Shown in pieces: positions 39,806 to 49,864 of a stretch of DNA of 64,000 bases. The translations under genes were made by a program, and so were the position numbers. The notes beneath the pieces are model-generated. The model searched no databases. It worked only from the letters and a program-made list of their open reading frames with translations, and was not told the origin of the DNA. The DNA comes from Bacteroidales bacterium (GTDB taxonomy: Bacteria > Bacteroidota > Bacteroidia > Bacteroidales > JAFGXI01), in the NCBI GenBank assembly GCA_016936665.1, contig JAFGXI010000010.1:5868-69867 (forward strand), in the 5' to 3' direction. Positions within the stretch are counted from its first letter, which is position 1, and every line of letters starts with the position of its first letter.

Positions 39806-39851
39806 GTAGAGTCAATTCATGAATTGACTCTACTACATGGATTGACTCTAC
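39806..39851. repeat. Perfect 28-bp palindrome plus a third half-site copy between convergent genes
   Basis: GTAGAGTCAATTCATGAATTGACTCTAC (39806-39833) is its own reverse complement. ATTGACTCTAC recurs at 39841-39851. It probably acts as a bidirectional terminator hairpin. Confidence 0.7.
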
Positions 39852-39859
39852 ATAGTTTT

Positions 39860-40864
39860 TTAAGGTCTGTAACCGCTTTCGTTGAGTATAGCAATATAAT
39901 CTGTTTGATGCATCAAATCGTTCAAGCTTAGCTCAGGATGTTCTTCCATGTATTCGCTTACAATTCTCCAACCTAGCCAAACACCAATTTTAGCTGGCGA
40001 CTGATTACCAAACTGCTGTGTAAACGGTGCGTCGCTCATCATATTTTTAATTTTCATTCGATCGGTTTGGTACAGCATTTCTTGATCCAGCACCGAACTC
40101 CAAATTAGTTTTTCGTTTTTCAGTAACCAATTCCATTGTTCTTCAGAGTATGGAAAACAAGCGTTTTCGGGTAAGTTAGGAAATAAATAATTTAAGGCGT
40201 ACTGAATCATCCCTTCGTAAACCATATTAGCCGCTAAATATTCGTTTTCTTTAAATTCGAAATCGGACCACAACAATCCTCGCATCACGTCTAAAGCAAT
40301 GGTTTCTGTTACCATTTTCTGACGCATATAATTTGGCATAGCCAGTTGCTGATAAAATGCGTTGTCTTCGCCTAAAGACATATCCAATGCAACGGCAACA
40401 ACCCCACTATCGATAAACACACGCTGATTAAAACCCGATTGAAAATAAAACAATTGTGGCACTTCGTGCTTCGGAAAATAATAATGATAATGCGAAAAAG
40501 CTTCAGAAATGTCTTGACTTACTTGCTCAGTTTCAGGAAACTTGTTCTGGATTTCTAAATATACCGACCGCGAAATATCGTTAGCAATAAATGCTTTTAA
40601 ATAATCGAAAAACATTTTCTGCTGAGGTCCACCAATTCCCAAAACAGCATTCGTGTAAGTATTAAAAAACCTAGGATATAGATTTGAAACTGAGTCGACA
40701 AAAAAATCGATGTTTGAAGTATCGGCATGCATTAAAGCCCTATCGAATCGCACAGATTCCAATTGTATATTTTCTGCAATATCTATGGCTCTATGGTTGT
40801 TCTGACAAGCTGTAAAGAGCGAGATCATCAACACGAAAAAATAAACTTTAAATATGTTCGGCAT
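39860..40864 (-). CDS. gldB: GldB-like gliding-motility lipoprotein (tentative)
   Basis: Lipoprotein signal MPNIFKVYFFVLMISLFTAC from ATG 40862-40864. The overall layout and the C-terminal SPAKIGVWLGWRIVSEYMEEHP resemble GldB as I remember it. Confidence 0.55.
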   Translation of the reverse strand: MPNIFKVYFFVLMISLFTACQNNHRAIDIAENIQLESVRFDRALMHADTSNIDFFVDSVSNLYPRFFNTYTNAVLGIGGPQQKMFFDYLKAFIANDISRSVYLEIQNKFPETEQVSQDISEAFSHYHYYFPKHEVPQLFYFQSGFNQRVFIDSGVVAVALDMSLGEDNAFYQQLAMPNYMRQKMVTETIALDVMRGLLWSDFEFKENEYLAANMVYEGMIQYALNYLFPNLPENACFPYSEEQWNWLLKNEKLIWSSVLDQEMLYQTDRMKIKNMMSDAPFTQQFGNQSPAKIGVWLGWRIVSEYMEEHPELSLNDLMHQTDYIAILNESGYRP

Positions 40865-40947
40865 CGTAATTAATATTTTATTATTTTTGATACGTTTGTA
40901 AAAGTAACGAATAATCGATATTTCAGAACAAATTAACATTTCTTAAT

Positions 40948-41652
40948 ATGAAAAAATTAATATTAGTTGCAATTGCTATCGCATCGTTTACCATTAGTCA
41001 AGCCCAGAAAGTTGGTGGAGGTTTAGAAGCTGGTTTTAATTATAGCTGGTTAGGCACCGATAGTAAAAAAGCTTCGGTTGAGAAAGGTAATATCGGCTTT
41101 ACCTTTGGTGCATTTTTAGATTTAAATATGAGCGATAATTTTACCTTCACTACGGGACTAAACATGGTTCAATACGGTGGAAATATTAAATATGTCGATG
41201 CTATTAACCTAACATGGGACGACGCTAAATACACCGTTGCCCCCGATGGCATTGTGAAGTATAAAATTAATTATTTAGAGTTCCCAATCTCTCTGAAAGG
41301 GAAAACGCAAGAGATTGGATATATAACTTATTTTGGTCGTTTAGGTGCAAATCCGGCGATTGCCATAAAAACAAGAGCAGAAGTAGAAGGAATAGTTGTT
41401 GATGAAAGTCTAGTTGTTCAAACCGACCTTACAGATCTTAACATTAAAGAAAACATCAACTTTTTTAACGTCGGATGGCACGTAGGTGGAGGAATTGAAT
41501 ATTCTTTAGGTGGTTCTACAGCTGTAATTGCTGAAGTAATGTATTCTCAAAACTTTTTGAATATTGTTAAAGATAACGTTACAGGAATTAGTGGTAATAA
41601 TGTAGGCATCAATTCTAGTATGATTATCTTAAAAGCCGGTATTAAGTTTTAA
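40948..41652 (+). CDS. Outer-membrane beta-barrel (porin/PorT-like) protein
   Basis: Signal peptide ending in AQA, alternating hydrophobic beta-strand pattern, and a terminal aromatic (GIKF). Confidence 0.65.
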   Translation: MKKLILVAIAIASFTISQAQKVGGGLEAGFNYSWLGTDSKKASVEKGNIGFTFGAFLDLNMSDNFTFTTGLNMVQYGGNIKYVDAINLTWDDAKYTVAPDGIVKYKINYLEFPISLKGKTQEIGYITYFGRLGANPAIAIKTRAEVEGIVVDESLVVQTDLTDLNIKENINFFNVGWHVGGGIEYSLGGSTAVIAEVMYSQNFLNIVKDNVTGISGNNVGINSSMIILKAGIKF

Positions 41653-41730
41653 AACAACATAAAAATTAAATAGAATCCCAAAGCCTACAACTTTGGGATT
41701 TTTTATTTTTGAAAGTTAAAAAACAAGAAT

Positions 41731-43377
41731 ATGAAAATTGCATTGGCACAGTTGAATTATAAAGTTGGTGATTTCGATGGCAACACACAAAAGATGCTTG
41801 ATTATGTTCAAAAAGCAAAACAAGAAAATGCCGATTTAGTAGTGTTTTCCGAGCTGTCTGTTTGCGGATATCCCCCACTCGACTTTCTGGAAAATCGCGA
41901 TTTTATCCAAAGAACCGAAAAGAGTATTCGGGCCATTGCGAAAGTTTGCCAAGGCATCACAGCAATTGTTGGAGCGCCTGTGCTTAATCCCAATGCTAAA
42001 GGAAAAAAATTATTCAATTCAGCCTTGGTTTTAAGAAATGGTAAAATCGAAAATAAAGTCAATAAAACCCTACTGCCTACTTACGATATATTCGATGAAT
42101 ATCGTTATTTCGAACCCAACACCGAATTTAAAAGCATCGAAATAGACGGTTATAAAATTGCCTTAACCATTTGTGAAGACTTATGGGACGATCAGCCTGT
42201 TGAGAATTCATTTGCACAATCTAAATTATACACCGTTTCTCCATTGCAAAGGCTAAACGATCAATTCGATTTAATCATCAACATTGCGGCTTCGCCTTTT
42301 TCAACATTACAATCCGACACTCGAAAGCAAGTACTAATAAACAATGCAAAACGATACCAAAAGCCTTTGGTTTATGTAAATCAAACGGCGGCTAATACCG
42401 AACTTATTTTCGATGGTCAATCGATGTTTATCGATGCCAAAGGAACAGTGCTTTATCAGCTTAAACAATTTGAAGAAGATTTTGTGGTAATCGATACAAA
42501 AACCGAACAACAAGCTCAATTACCATGTTCTTTTACAGAAATTGAAAGTGTTTACCAAGCTATCAAATTAGGCTTGTCCGATTATTTCAAGAAAATGGGT
42601 TTTAGTAAAGCTGTGCTTGGCTTATCCGGAGGGATAGACTCCGCAGTTGTGGCAACCATTGCAGTTCAAGTTCTAGGAAAAAAAAATGTAGTTGGCCTGC
42701 TCATGCCTTCCAAATTCTCATCAGACCACTCGATTACCGATGCCGTTGATTTAGCAAAAAACTTAGGTATCGAACATCATATTATATCAATTAAAGAGGC
42801 TGTTTCGGCATTCGACTCAACTCTTATGCCTGTTTTTGATGGCACAGAGTTTGGCATTGCCGAAGAAAATATTCAAGCCAGAATTAGGGGCACTTTGCTC
42901 ATGGCTTATTCCAATAAATTTGGACATATCTTGTTAAACACATCCAACAAAAGTGAAGCGGCGGTTGGTTACAGTACTTTGTATGGCGACATGAACGGTG
43001 GGCTCTCAATTTTGGGCGATGTTTACAAAACTAAAGTTTTTGAGCTGGCGAATTGGCTTAACAGAGATCATGAGATAATTCCTCGCAATACAATCGTAAA
43101 ACCACCTTCGGCAGAATTGCGCCCCGACCAAAAAGACTCCGACAGTCTTCCGGATTACGATATTTTGGATCAGATATTAGTTCGATACATTGAAAAAAAA
43201 GAAAGCATCCAAAATATTATTGATGCAGGATTCGAAGAAACCACAGTTAAAAGAACCGTTCTAATGGTCAACCGTAACGAATATAAGCGATTCCAATCGC
43301 CCCCAATTTTAAGAATTACAGGAAAAGCTTTTGGTATGGGTAGAAGAATGCCTTTGGTAGCGAAATACGATTTTTAA
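41731..43377 (+). CDS. nadE: Glutamine-dependent NAD+ synthetase
   Basis: 548 aa. An N-terminal CN-hydrolase domain (KIALAQLN, FSELSVCGYPP, ICEDLW) is followed by a NAD synthetase domain with the SGGIDS PP-loop. Confidence 0.93.
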   Translation: MKIALAQLNYKVGDFDGNTQKMLDYVQKAKQENADLVVFSELSVCGYPPLDFLENRDFIQRTEKSIRAIAKVCQGITAIVGAPVLNPNAKGKKLFNSALVLRNGKIENKVNKTLLPTYDIFDEYRYFEPNTEFKSIEIDGYKIALTICEDLWDDQPVENSFAQSKLYTVSPLQRLNDQFDLIINIAASPFSTLQSDTRKQVLINNAKRYQKPLVYVNQTAANTELIFDGQSMFIDAKGTVLYQLKQFEEDFVVIDTKTEQQAQLPCSFTEIESVYQAIKLGLSDYFKKMGFSKAVLGLSGGIDSAVVATIAVQVLGKKNVVGLLMPSKFSSDHSITDAVDLAKNLGIEHHIISIKEAVSAFDSTLMPVFDGTEFGIAEENIQARIRGTLLMAYSNKFGHILLNTSNKSEAAVGYSTLYGDMNGGLSILGDVYKTKVFELANWLNRDHEIIPRNTIVKPPSAELRPDQKDSDSLPDYDILDQILVRYIEKKESIQNIIDAGFEETTVKRTVLMVNRNEYKRFQSPPILRITGKAFGMGRRMPLVAKYDF

Positions 43378-43412
43378 AAAAAGAGGAAGCAAACAAAATC
43401 TTCCTCTTTAAT
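43376..43412. terminator. Bidirectional terminator between nadE and the HMA gene
   Basis: AGAGGAAG (43382-43389)/CTTCCTCT (43400-43407), flanked by an A-run and a T-rich tail. Confidence 0.7.
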
Positions 43413-43422
43413 TGATCGATAA

Positions 43423-43749
43423 TCATTCCTGCGGTTTCTCTACTTTAGGTTCATCTGTAACTATTTCAGCCTCATAACCTAAATCCTTAAGGGCCTTTTT
43501 AAGTTTCTCGTCTGAATTTTTATCTGTTCGATAAGTTATTCTTACTTTTTGTTCATCTAAATCGGTCGTAACTGCTTTTACGCCTTTCTCAAAAGCCATA
43601 TTGTGCTCTATCTTTTCTTGGCACGACTGACAGTGCATATTACAGGTAAAAGTTACCGTTTTGAACGTCTTTTCTATTTTTTCATCCTGTCCAAATAAAC
43701 TCCCAATTAAGCCTAATGAGAGCATTAAAATTATTATTATCTGTTTCAT
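43423..43749 (-). CDS. Secreted heavy-metal-associated (HMA) domain protein
   Basis: Signal peptide, then an HMA fold with the M-H-C-x-x-C metal site (TFTCNMHCQSCQEKIE). Confidence 0.8.
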   Translation of the reverse strand: MKQIIIILMLSLGLIGSLFGQDEKIEKTFKTVTFTCNMHCQSCQEKIEHNMAFEKGVKAVTTDLDEQKVRITYRTDKNSDEKLKKALKDLGYEAEIVTDEPKVEKPQE

Positions 43750-43750
43750 T

Positions 43751-44152
43751 TTATTTATTGTTTATATTTAATTGTTGATCGAATAACATAACGTGCGTAG
43801 ACCACCACTCGTACAAAAAGTCGATAATTTTTAACATTTGATGATAATTGCCTCTTTCAAATTCTGAGTTAAACACTGCAACTTCATAGATAAATCTCTG
43901 ATGATCGATCTTGTGCTCTTTAAAATTTAAATTTGGAATATCCTTTGCCAACTCTTCTTCCATCTTAAAATGATTTAAGCTATAATCTGTGAGCTCTGAT
44001 AGTAACTCCGAAAACTTCGAAAAACTACCTTTTTCATTGTAAACTTCAACCAATTGATTATATGTACATAAAAGCTTCTGATGGTCTCTATCTACATTTT
44101 TTATGTTGACATTGAATATTGGATCCCATTGTAATATTTGCCTTCTTTCCAT
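43751..44152 (-). CDS. Hemerythrin-like metal-binding protein (bacteriohemerythrin family)
   Basis: WDPIFNVNIKNVDRDHQKLL, HFKMEEE, HKIDHQRF and WWSTHVMLFDQQL match the His/Glu/Asp di-iron ligand pattern. Confidence 0.8.
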   Translation of the reverse strand: MERRQILQWDPIFNVNIKNVDRDHQKLLCTYNQLVEVYNEKGSFSKFSELLSELTDYSLNHFKMEEELAKDIPNLNFKEHKIDHQRFIYEVAVFNSEFERGNYHQMLKIIDFLYEWWSTHVMLFDQQLNINNK

Positions 44153-44161
44153 GATTTTTTT

Positions 44162-46345
44162 TTAATTTCTAATTGAATAACGTAAACCTATATATATTTT
44201 TCTTCCGTGGATAGGTCCCCACACTTGGGAAGCATCAAATGTGTTTGAATAAGGTTGATCCGGAGCAATGATTGGGTTTTCTTGTACATAATCGAACAGA
44301 TTTTCTGCACCCAAATATACACTCCACTTTCTAAAAAATTTTGTAATTTGAATGTTGGTAAGTGAATACACAGGGAAACGTTCATTTATGCCATCTCTGT
44401 AACCCGGCAAACGACCATCGCCATTGATTTGCATATTAATATCGAACTGCCATTTTTTTAAATTTGTGGCATAAGACAAAGCAACTAAGCCTTTAAATCG
44501 ATTCACCAAAGGCACTTCCAATAAATCGCCTCGATAACTTGTTTTAACATCGTTATATCGATAAGCAATTGTAGCATCGAGTCTTTTTATTATTTCGGCC
44601 TGCCATTCTATCTGAAACGCATTGGAGTAAGATGCTCCATCGAGGTTATAAACTTCAATTCGATTCAATTGCTCACGATCTACAACCAATTGATTTTGAA
44701 AATCTGTTCTAAAGAAATCGACAATAAAAGTCCATTCTTTTTCGAAAACATGCAGCTTTTTAACATAGCTCAAGCCATAGTTAATAGCACGTTCCATTCG
44801 AAAATCGTCAGCGATAGACATTCTTGCTCCATTAGCCAACAAATAAGGTTGCTCTACTAAAACATTTGCCGTTCTATATCCCATCCCCGCCGAAGCACGC
44901 AATGTGTTATGTTCATTAATTTGATATCGCAAATGCCAACGAGGCGTAGCAAAGAAACCATATCTATTGTGGTAATTCGCTCTTAAACCTAGCATCATAG
45001 TCAACCAATTGGATTTAAGATAAGTATATTCGAAATACGCTCCCGGAACATATTCTGTTCGTGTTGCAGACGAGTCGTTAAACCATTCTTGAACCTGATC
45101 GAATCGGTAATCTAAACCTGTTGAGAACTGATGGTTAGCATTATTAATGATACCCTCGTACAATAAAGCCCCAAATGCACTTTTTTCTTCAGCATTGTAC
45201 GCTTGTAGCCCATAAAACGATTCGTGCATATGATAACTTGCATTCGATAAGAAAGCCACAGAAAACAGAGGTTTCGAAGGAAAAACATAACCACCTTTGG
45301 CAAATACTTCTGCCCTGTTGGTATGTATCCCAATGCCATAAGGAGAAGTTATATTTATCGCTTGAGCTTTTTCAAAATCTACCTGACCTCCTATCCTATC
45401 TTCTTCTATAACAGAAGCTCCAAATTGAAAAATATAATCATCCGACTTATATTTCCAGCGATTAAAGATTTGCAATCTGTTAATCAACGGTTGATCTAAA
45501 AAAGAATCATGATTACGATCGTGTTTCATTTGGTTTTGATGCCAATGCACAGCCAATAAAGCGCTCCATTTTTTAGATAATTTTTTCGCTACCACAGCAT
45601 TTGCTTCATAGCCAAAAGCATCGTTGGCCACTAAGTTCAGCAATAAAGGATCGGCTTTATCAGGCTTTTTATATTCAGCATTAATCTGACCAGAAATTGA
45701 TTGAAATCCATTTTTAACGGACGATGCCCCTTTCGAAACCTGAATGCTTTCCATCCAAGGGCCGGGTATGTAAGTCAAACCAAAAGAGGATGCTAAACCT
45801 GACATCGATGGAATATTTTCGGTTTGTATTTGAACATATTTTCCGTCCAAACCTAGCATTTTAATTTGTTTAGATCCTGTCAACGCATCGGCATACGAAA
45901 CATCCACAGAAGCATTAGTTTCGAAACTTTCCGATAAATTGCAGCATGCCGCTCTGTGAAATGCTTCGCCACTAATATTTTGACTCAAATTTGGACTCAT
46001 TCTTTCAATGGTCGAAGCCGATTGACGCTCGCTTACAAGTACTTCTTTCATCAATTCTGATTCTTTAAGATTGACGTCCAATTTTGAAGATGCACTTACA
46101 GCAATGGAGTCGGTTTTATAGCCAACGTATGAAAACACTAATATTTGGCTCTCATTTATCCTTTCAATTTGATATTCTCCTTTTGCATCGCTGGTCGTTC
46201 CTATGCTTGTTCCCGACCAATAAATATTTACACCAACTAAGGGGTGTTGATGTTCGCCATGTTGCTCATAAACTTTACCGGAAATAGATTGTGCTTTTGT
46301 AAAATTAACGAACATCGAAGCAAACAAAATAATATATATCTTCAT
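44162..46345 (-). CDS. TonB-dependent receptor with N-terminal carboxypeptidase-regulatory-like domain
   Basis: Signal peptide MKIYIILFASMFVNFTKAQ from ATG 46343-46345. The CarboxypepD_reg segment (GKVYEQ...GVNIYWSGTSIGTTSDAKGEYQI) is followed by a plug and a long beta-barrel. Confidence 0.88.
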   Translation of the reverse strand: MKIYIILFASMFVNFTKAQSISGKVYEQHGEHQHPLVGVNIYWSGTSIGTTSDAKGEYQIERINESQILVFSYVGYKTDSIAVSASSKLDVNLKESELMKEVLVSERQSASTIERMSPNLSQNISGEAFHRAACCNLSESFETNASVDVSYADALTGSKQIKMLGLDGKYVQIQTENIPSMSGLASSFGLTYIPGPWMESIQVSKGASSVKNGFQSISGQINAEYKKPDKADPLLLNLVANDAFGYEANAVVAKKLSKKWSALLAVHWHQNQMKHDRNHDSFLDQPLINRLQIFNRWKYKSDDYIFQFGASVIEEDRIGGQVDFEKAQAINITSPYGIGIHTNRAEVFAKGGYVFPSKPLFSVAFLSNASYHMHESFYGLQAYNAEEKSAFGALLYEGIINNANHQFSTGLDYRFDQVQEWFNDSSATRTEYVPGAYFEYTYLKSNWLTMMLGLRANYHNRYGFFATPRWHLRYQINEHNTLRASAGMGYRTANVLVEQPYLLANGARMSIADDFRMERAINYGLSYVKKLHVFEKEWTFIVDFFRTDFQNQLVVDREQLNRIEVYNLDGASYSNAFQIEWQAEIIKRLDATIAYRYNDVKTSYRGDLLEVPLVNRFKGLVALSYATNLKKWQFDINMQINGDGRLPGYRDGINERFPVYSLTNIQITKFFRKWSVYLGAENLFDYVQENPIIAPDQPYSNTFDASQVWGPIHGRKIYIGLRYSIRN

Positions 46346-46504
46346 TTTATTATTTTTAAATAATGTCGAAAAAAAAGATGTGCTCATTTCTTTGAGTATT
46401 ATAAAATCATCCGACATTAATCGATTCGACAATTATCAAAATTTGCTTTGTTAATAAACCCAATAGAATATAAAGACAAAACAAAAACTTGATAGCTGAT
46501 AACT

Positions 46505-46540
46505 AAAAAAGGGGAATAAACAACCAAGTCTAGGTTGTTT
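46505..46540 (-). terminator. Weak hairpin/possible attenuator between the Cys/His-rich gene and the TonB-dependent receptor gene
   Basis: AAACAACC (46518-46525)/GGTTGTTT (46533-46540). On the minus strand the stem is followed, after 7 nt, by TTTTTT. Confidence 0.3.
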
Positions 46541-46559
46541 AAATGACTTAATGAGGAGG

Positions 46560-47039
46560 TTAACAAATTAGCGTGCAAAATAACAAACCAAAAGGTCGCT
46601 TTTGCACAGCCTGTTCTATTTTAGGATGGTTTAAAAATAACTTTGAGTTTTTAACATCTATATATTCAATAGTGAGTAAAGAATTAAGTTTTAAAGGAAA
46701 TAAAACCCAAATTATTTGATTTTCTGTCTCATTATCAAAAGAAAATACAGGAGACTGAAAATACTCAGCATAGCATTGACAGTGATTGTTGCGTTGGTGC
46801 TCAACAGATGTTAAATCGCAAACATGATGTTTTACTTCGTTTAAATGACATGTGCTATGTTCTTGGCAACACGAATTTTGATGGTCTATGTCTCCAATCT
46901 CGCACATTCCTTCATAACAGGCATTGCACTCATGATGCTCCACAACAAAACCATGAATATTGAATAAAATAGCTAATAGAACAATCATTGCAACTGTTTT
47001 TCTATAAACTGTTCTAATATGTATAAGCTTTGAACTCAC
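46560..47039 (-). CDS. Cys/His-rich small membrane-anchored protein (putative metal-binding)
   Basis: An N-terminal hydrophobic helix is followed by a dense Cys/His block (HHECNACYEGMCEIGDIDHQNSCCQEHSTCHLNEVKHHVCDLTSVEHQRNNHCQCY). The start is uncertain: GTG at 47039 or ATG at 46988. Confidence 0.55.
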   Translation of the reverse strand: MSSKLIHIRTVYRKTVAMIVLLAILFNIHGFVVEHHECNACYEGMCEIGDIDHQNSCCQEHSTCHLNEVKHHVCDLTSVEHQRNNHCQCYAEYFQSPVFSFDNETENQIIWVLFPLKLNSLLTIEYIDVKNSKLFLNHPKIEQAVQKRPFGLLFCTLIC

Positions 47040-47148
47040 GAATTATTTAGATGCAATCTTAATTAAAAGGTTTAAAATTTTGGCATTTTTTAGCTCATTA
47101 TTTTTATATATTTTTAAAGTCAATTATTAACACAAACACTTTACTACG

Positions 47149-48771
47149 ATGAAAATCACCACTTTAACCTTTGCTTTAGCTTTAATGTTACTCACTGCTA
47201 AAGCGCAAACTGTGTACAATCAGTTTAAAGATGGCGTTGTTTATTTCAAAATTGAAAATGCAGCACATCTAAATTTACCTACTTATCATTACACTGTTCC
47301 CGATTTGAAGCTTTTCGAGAATTTTCCACAGTTAAAAAACATTATCGAAAACTGTCAAGTTAAACATTTGTATAAACCCTTTAAAACACAAAACGAAAGT
47401 GTGCAAAACATCTACAAAATTGAATTCTCAGATTTTGAAAAAGTAGACTATATTGTGAATACTCTAAAAACAATGAAAGATGTTGAGTTTGCAGAAAAAT
47501 CTCAACTTTTAAAATTATTTTCTACACCAAATGATCCATCGATATCAAATCAATGGTTTTTGACCAATATTCAAGCATACGAAGCGTGGGATTTAGCACA
47601 AGGCAATGCCAATGTGAAAAATGCAATTGTTGACGATGCCAGCAGGATAACTCATGAAGATTTAGCGGCCAATGTTTGGCATAACCCTAACGAAATTCCA
47701 GACAATGGAATCGATGACGATAATAATGGTTTTATTGACGATGTTAATGGTTGGGATGCTGCCGATACCGATAACGACCCTCTACCTCCTTCAGATTTAG
47801 GGTGGTTGGGAGAGCAAGCCTACACACATGGTACGCATTGTGCCGGTTTAGCGGCAGGTGTAACTAACAATGGTATTGGCATTGCATCGGTTAGCTACAA
47901 CGTTTCTTATATTCCTATTAAAACTGTTTCGGACGACTCGTTTTTTCCAATCGGTATTGAAGCTCCTGCAGAAGGTGTCGATTATGCAATAGCTGCCGGA
48001 GCCGATATTATCAGCATGTCGTTTGGAGGCGAAGACATCGCATCTTTTGGAACATTATCAACACTTATTGATGCTGCTGATGATTTAGGAAAAATTTGCG
48101 TTGCCGCTGCGGGTAATAATGGCGATGGTAGCGATCCTTTCAGCACCGAAAATGCAATTAATTATCCTGCAGGTCTCGAAAATGTTTTAGCTGTTGCCGC
48201 TTCCGATTCGGATGATAAAAAAACCTCATTTTCTCAGTTTGGCGATTGGATCGACATCATGTCTCCTGGAGCCTCAATGTACAGTACCTTAGCTCATAGT
48301 ACCCCATACGATAACATGGATGGCACTTCAATGGCTTGCCCCTTAACAGCCGGAGCTCTAGGCTTAATGAAATCGTATAAACCACAGGCCACAAAACAGC
48401 AATTGGTCGATTGTTTATTAAATGGGGCAGATAATGTTGACACCGAAAACACAGAGTATATTGGCAACATTGGGCACGGCCGATTAAACATTTATAATTC
48501 CTTAGTTTGTTTAGACCAAACAGTTGGGGTGCAAATTTTAAATAATCCAGATCAATTTAGAATATTTCCTAATCCGGCAAATGCTTCACTAACTGTTTCT
48601 TTAAATAAAAAAGCTGAAGTGGTTAAAATTTTAAACATTACAGGTCAAGTCGTTTATCAAACTAAAGTGAGTGGGTTAAATTTGAAACAGATTAACTTGA
48701 GTGCTTTTAAACAAGGTATTTACTTTGTTCAAATTGATAATGAGTGGACTAGAAAATTAATTATCGAATAA
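47149..48771 (+). CDS. S8 subtilisin-family serine peptidase with T9SS C-terminal sorting domain
   Basis: Signal peptide and catalytic motifs (D in IVDDAS, HGTHCAG, GTSMACP). The C-terminal ~80 aa are of the Por/T9SS type (FRIFPNPANASLTVSL ... GIYFVQIDNEWTRKLIIE). Confidence 0.9.
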   Translation: MKITTLTFALALMLLTAKAQTVYNQFKDGVVYFKIENAAHLNLPTYHYTVPDLKLFENFPQLKNIIENCQVKHLYKPFKTQNESVQNIYKIEFSDFEKVDYIVNTLKTMKDVEFAEKSQLLKLFSTPNDPSISNQWFLTNIQAYEAWDLAQGNANVKNAIVDDASRITHEDLAANVWHNPNEIPDNGIDDDNNGFIDDVNGWDAADTDNDPLPPSDLGWLGEQAYTHGTHCAGLAAGVTNNGIGIASVSYNVSYIPIKTVSDDSFFPIGIEAPAEGVDYAIAAGADIISMSFGGEDIASFGTLSTLIDAADDLGKICVAAAGNNGDGSDPFSTENAINYPAGLENVLAVAASDSDDKKTSFSQFGDWIDIMSPGASMYSTLAHSTPYDNMDGTSMACPLTAGALGLMKSYKPQATKQQLVDCLLNGADNVDTENTEYIGNIGHGRLNIYNSLVCLDQTVGVQILNNPDQFRIFPNPANASLTVSLNKKAEVVKILNITGQVVYQTKVSGLNLKQINLSAFKQGIYFVQIDNEWTRKLIIE

Positions 48772-48799
48772 AATATTTAATGTTCTGTTAAAAAATACT

Positions 48800-48835
48800 A
48801 GGAGCTATTCATTTTAGAATCAGCTCCTTTTTTTA
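48800..48835 (+). terminator. Rho-independent terminator after the S8 peptidase gene
   Basis: AGGAGCT (48800-48806)/AGCTCCT (48822-48828) with inner ATTC/GAAT pairing, followed by a T-run. Confidence 0.65.
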
Positions 48836-48883
48836 TCATCTTAAAAAATAAAAATGTAGTTTTGTTAATCAATCAATTCATTT

Positions 48884-49864
48884 ATGCAAAGCAGAATTAC
48901 AATTATCATACTTGGCGTTTTAGCTTTATTCTCATGTAAAAAAGAGAACGAAGACTATCCTCTTCCAAATAATAATTATCCTAACATTGCTGTCGATAGT
49001 TTAAATTATTCTTTTTGGTCGGAAGCAGGCCTCCCTTATTACGAAGGCTATTTCAATAGCGCTAATCAGGTTAAAAACTTTAATCTCAAACTTTATAAAA
49101 ATAAGCAATACCGCATTTTTTCATCTCAACAATTCGACGATACTACTTACGTTCGTCTAGCCCTTAAAAATGAAGATGGCAATACGATAACTCTATCGCA
49201 GGTTATAAACCATCAGTCCATTTTATATTTTAATAGTCCGTCTGATAAAACATACTTACTCAGCACGCAACTCGATGGAGATTATCATTTAAGTACCGAC
49301 TTTAAACTCTTTTTTGAAGAAAGACAATATAATACCTTGCTGTATAAACAATTCAATTGGAGTTATTACGGCAATTTTAAAGTCGAAGCAGATAGTTTGC
49401 ATTTTATACCTTCGGGAAGTTTTATGCAACGATGGTTACAAGTCGATTCATCAATAGAAAACAGTAAAAATATTAGCGTTGAGATATCTTCTGATAATGA
49501 ATTTACAAGCGAATTTGGATTTACATTTTCTGCATACAGAAACTCAGCTAATGGAGGGTATTCCGACGATAATATCGTACATGGCACACAAGTTTATTTT
49601 AAAAATGATAAGTTCTATGTTTACTATATTTCCGATAATGGCACATCGCTTTTATACAAAGGAAATTTAGGGAGTTGGTCTGCAATGCCTAATCGGCTGG
49701 TTTTAAATATTGAAACAGATTCTTCAGATTACTTACATAAACTCATCTACCTAAACAACATGTTGATTACTGAGGTGAACAATGTCGATTATAACGATTT
49801 TTATTTCGTATTTTCTGATCGAACTGAAGAAAGAATTTCAATTTCAGATCTTACAATAGAATAA
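48884..49864 (+). CDS. Hypothetical lipoprotein
   Basis: Lipobox LALFSC. 326 aa, with no recognised domain. Confidence 0.55.
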   Translation: MQSRITIIILGVLALFSCKKENEDYPLPNNNYPNIAVDSLNYSFWSEAGLPYYEGYFNSANQVKNFNLKLYKNKQYRIFSSQQFDDTTYVRLALKNEDGNTITLSQVINHQSILYFNSPSDKTYLLSTQLDGDYHLSTDFKLFFEERQYNTLLYKQFNWSYYGNFKVEADSLHFIPSGSFMQRWLQVDSSIENSKNISVEISSDNEFTSEFGFTFSAYRNSANGGYSDDNIVHGTQVYFKNDKFYVYYISDNGTSLLYKGNLGSWSAMPNRLVLNIETDSSDYLHKLIYLNNMLITEVNNVDYNDFYFVFSDRTEERISISDLTIE

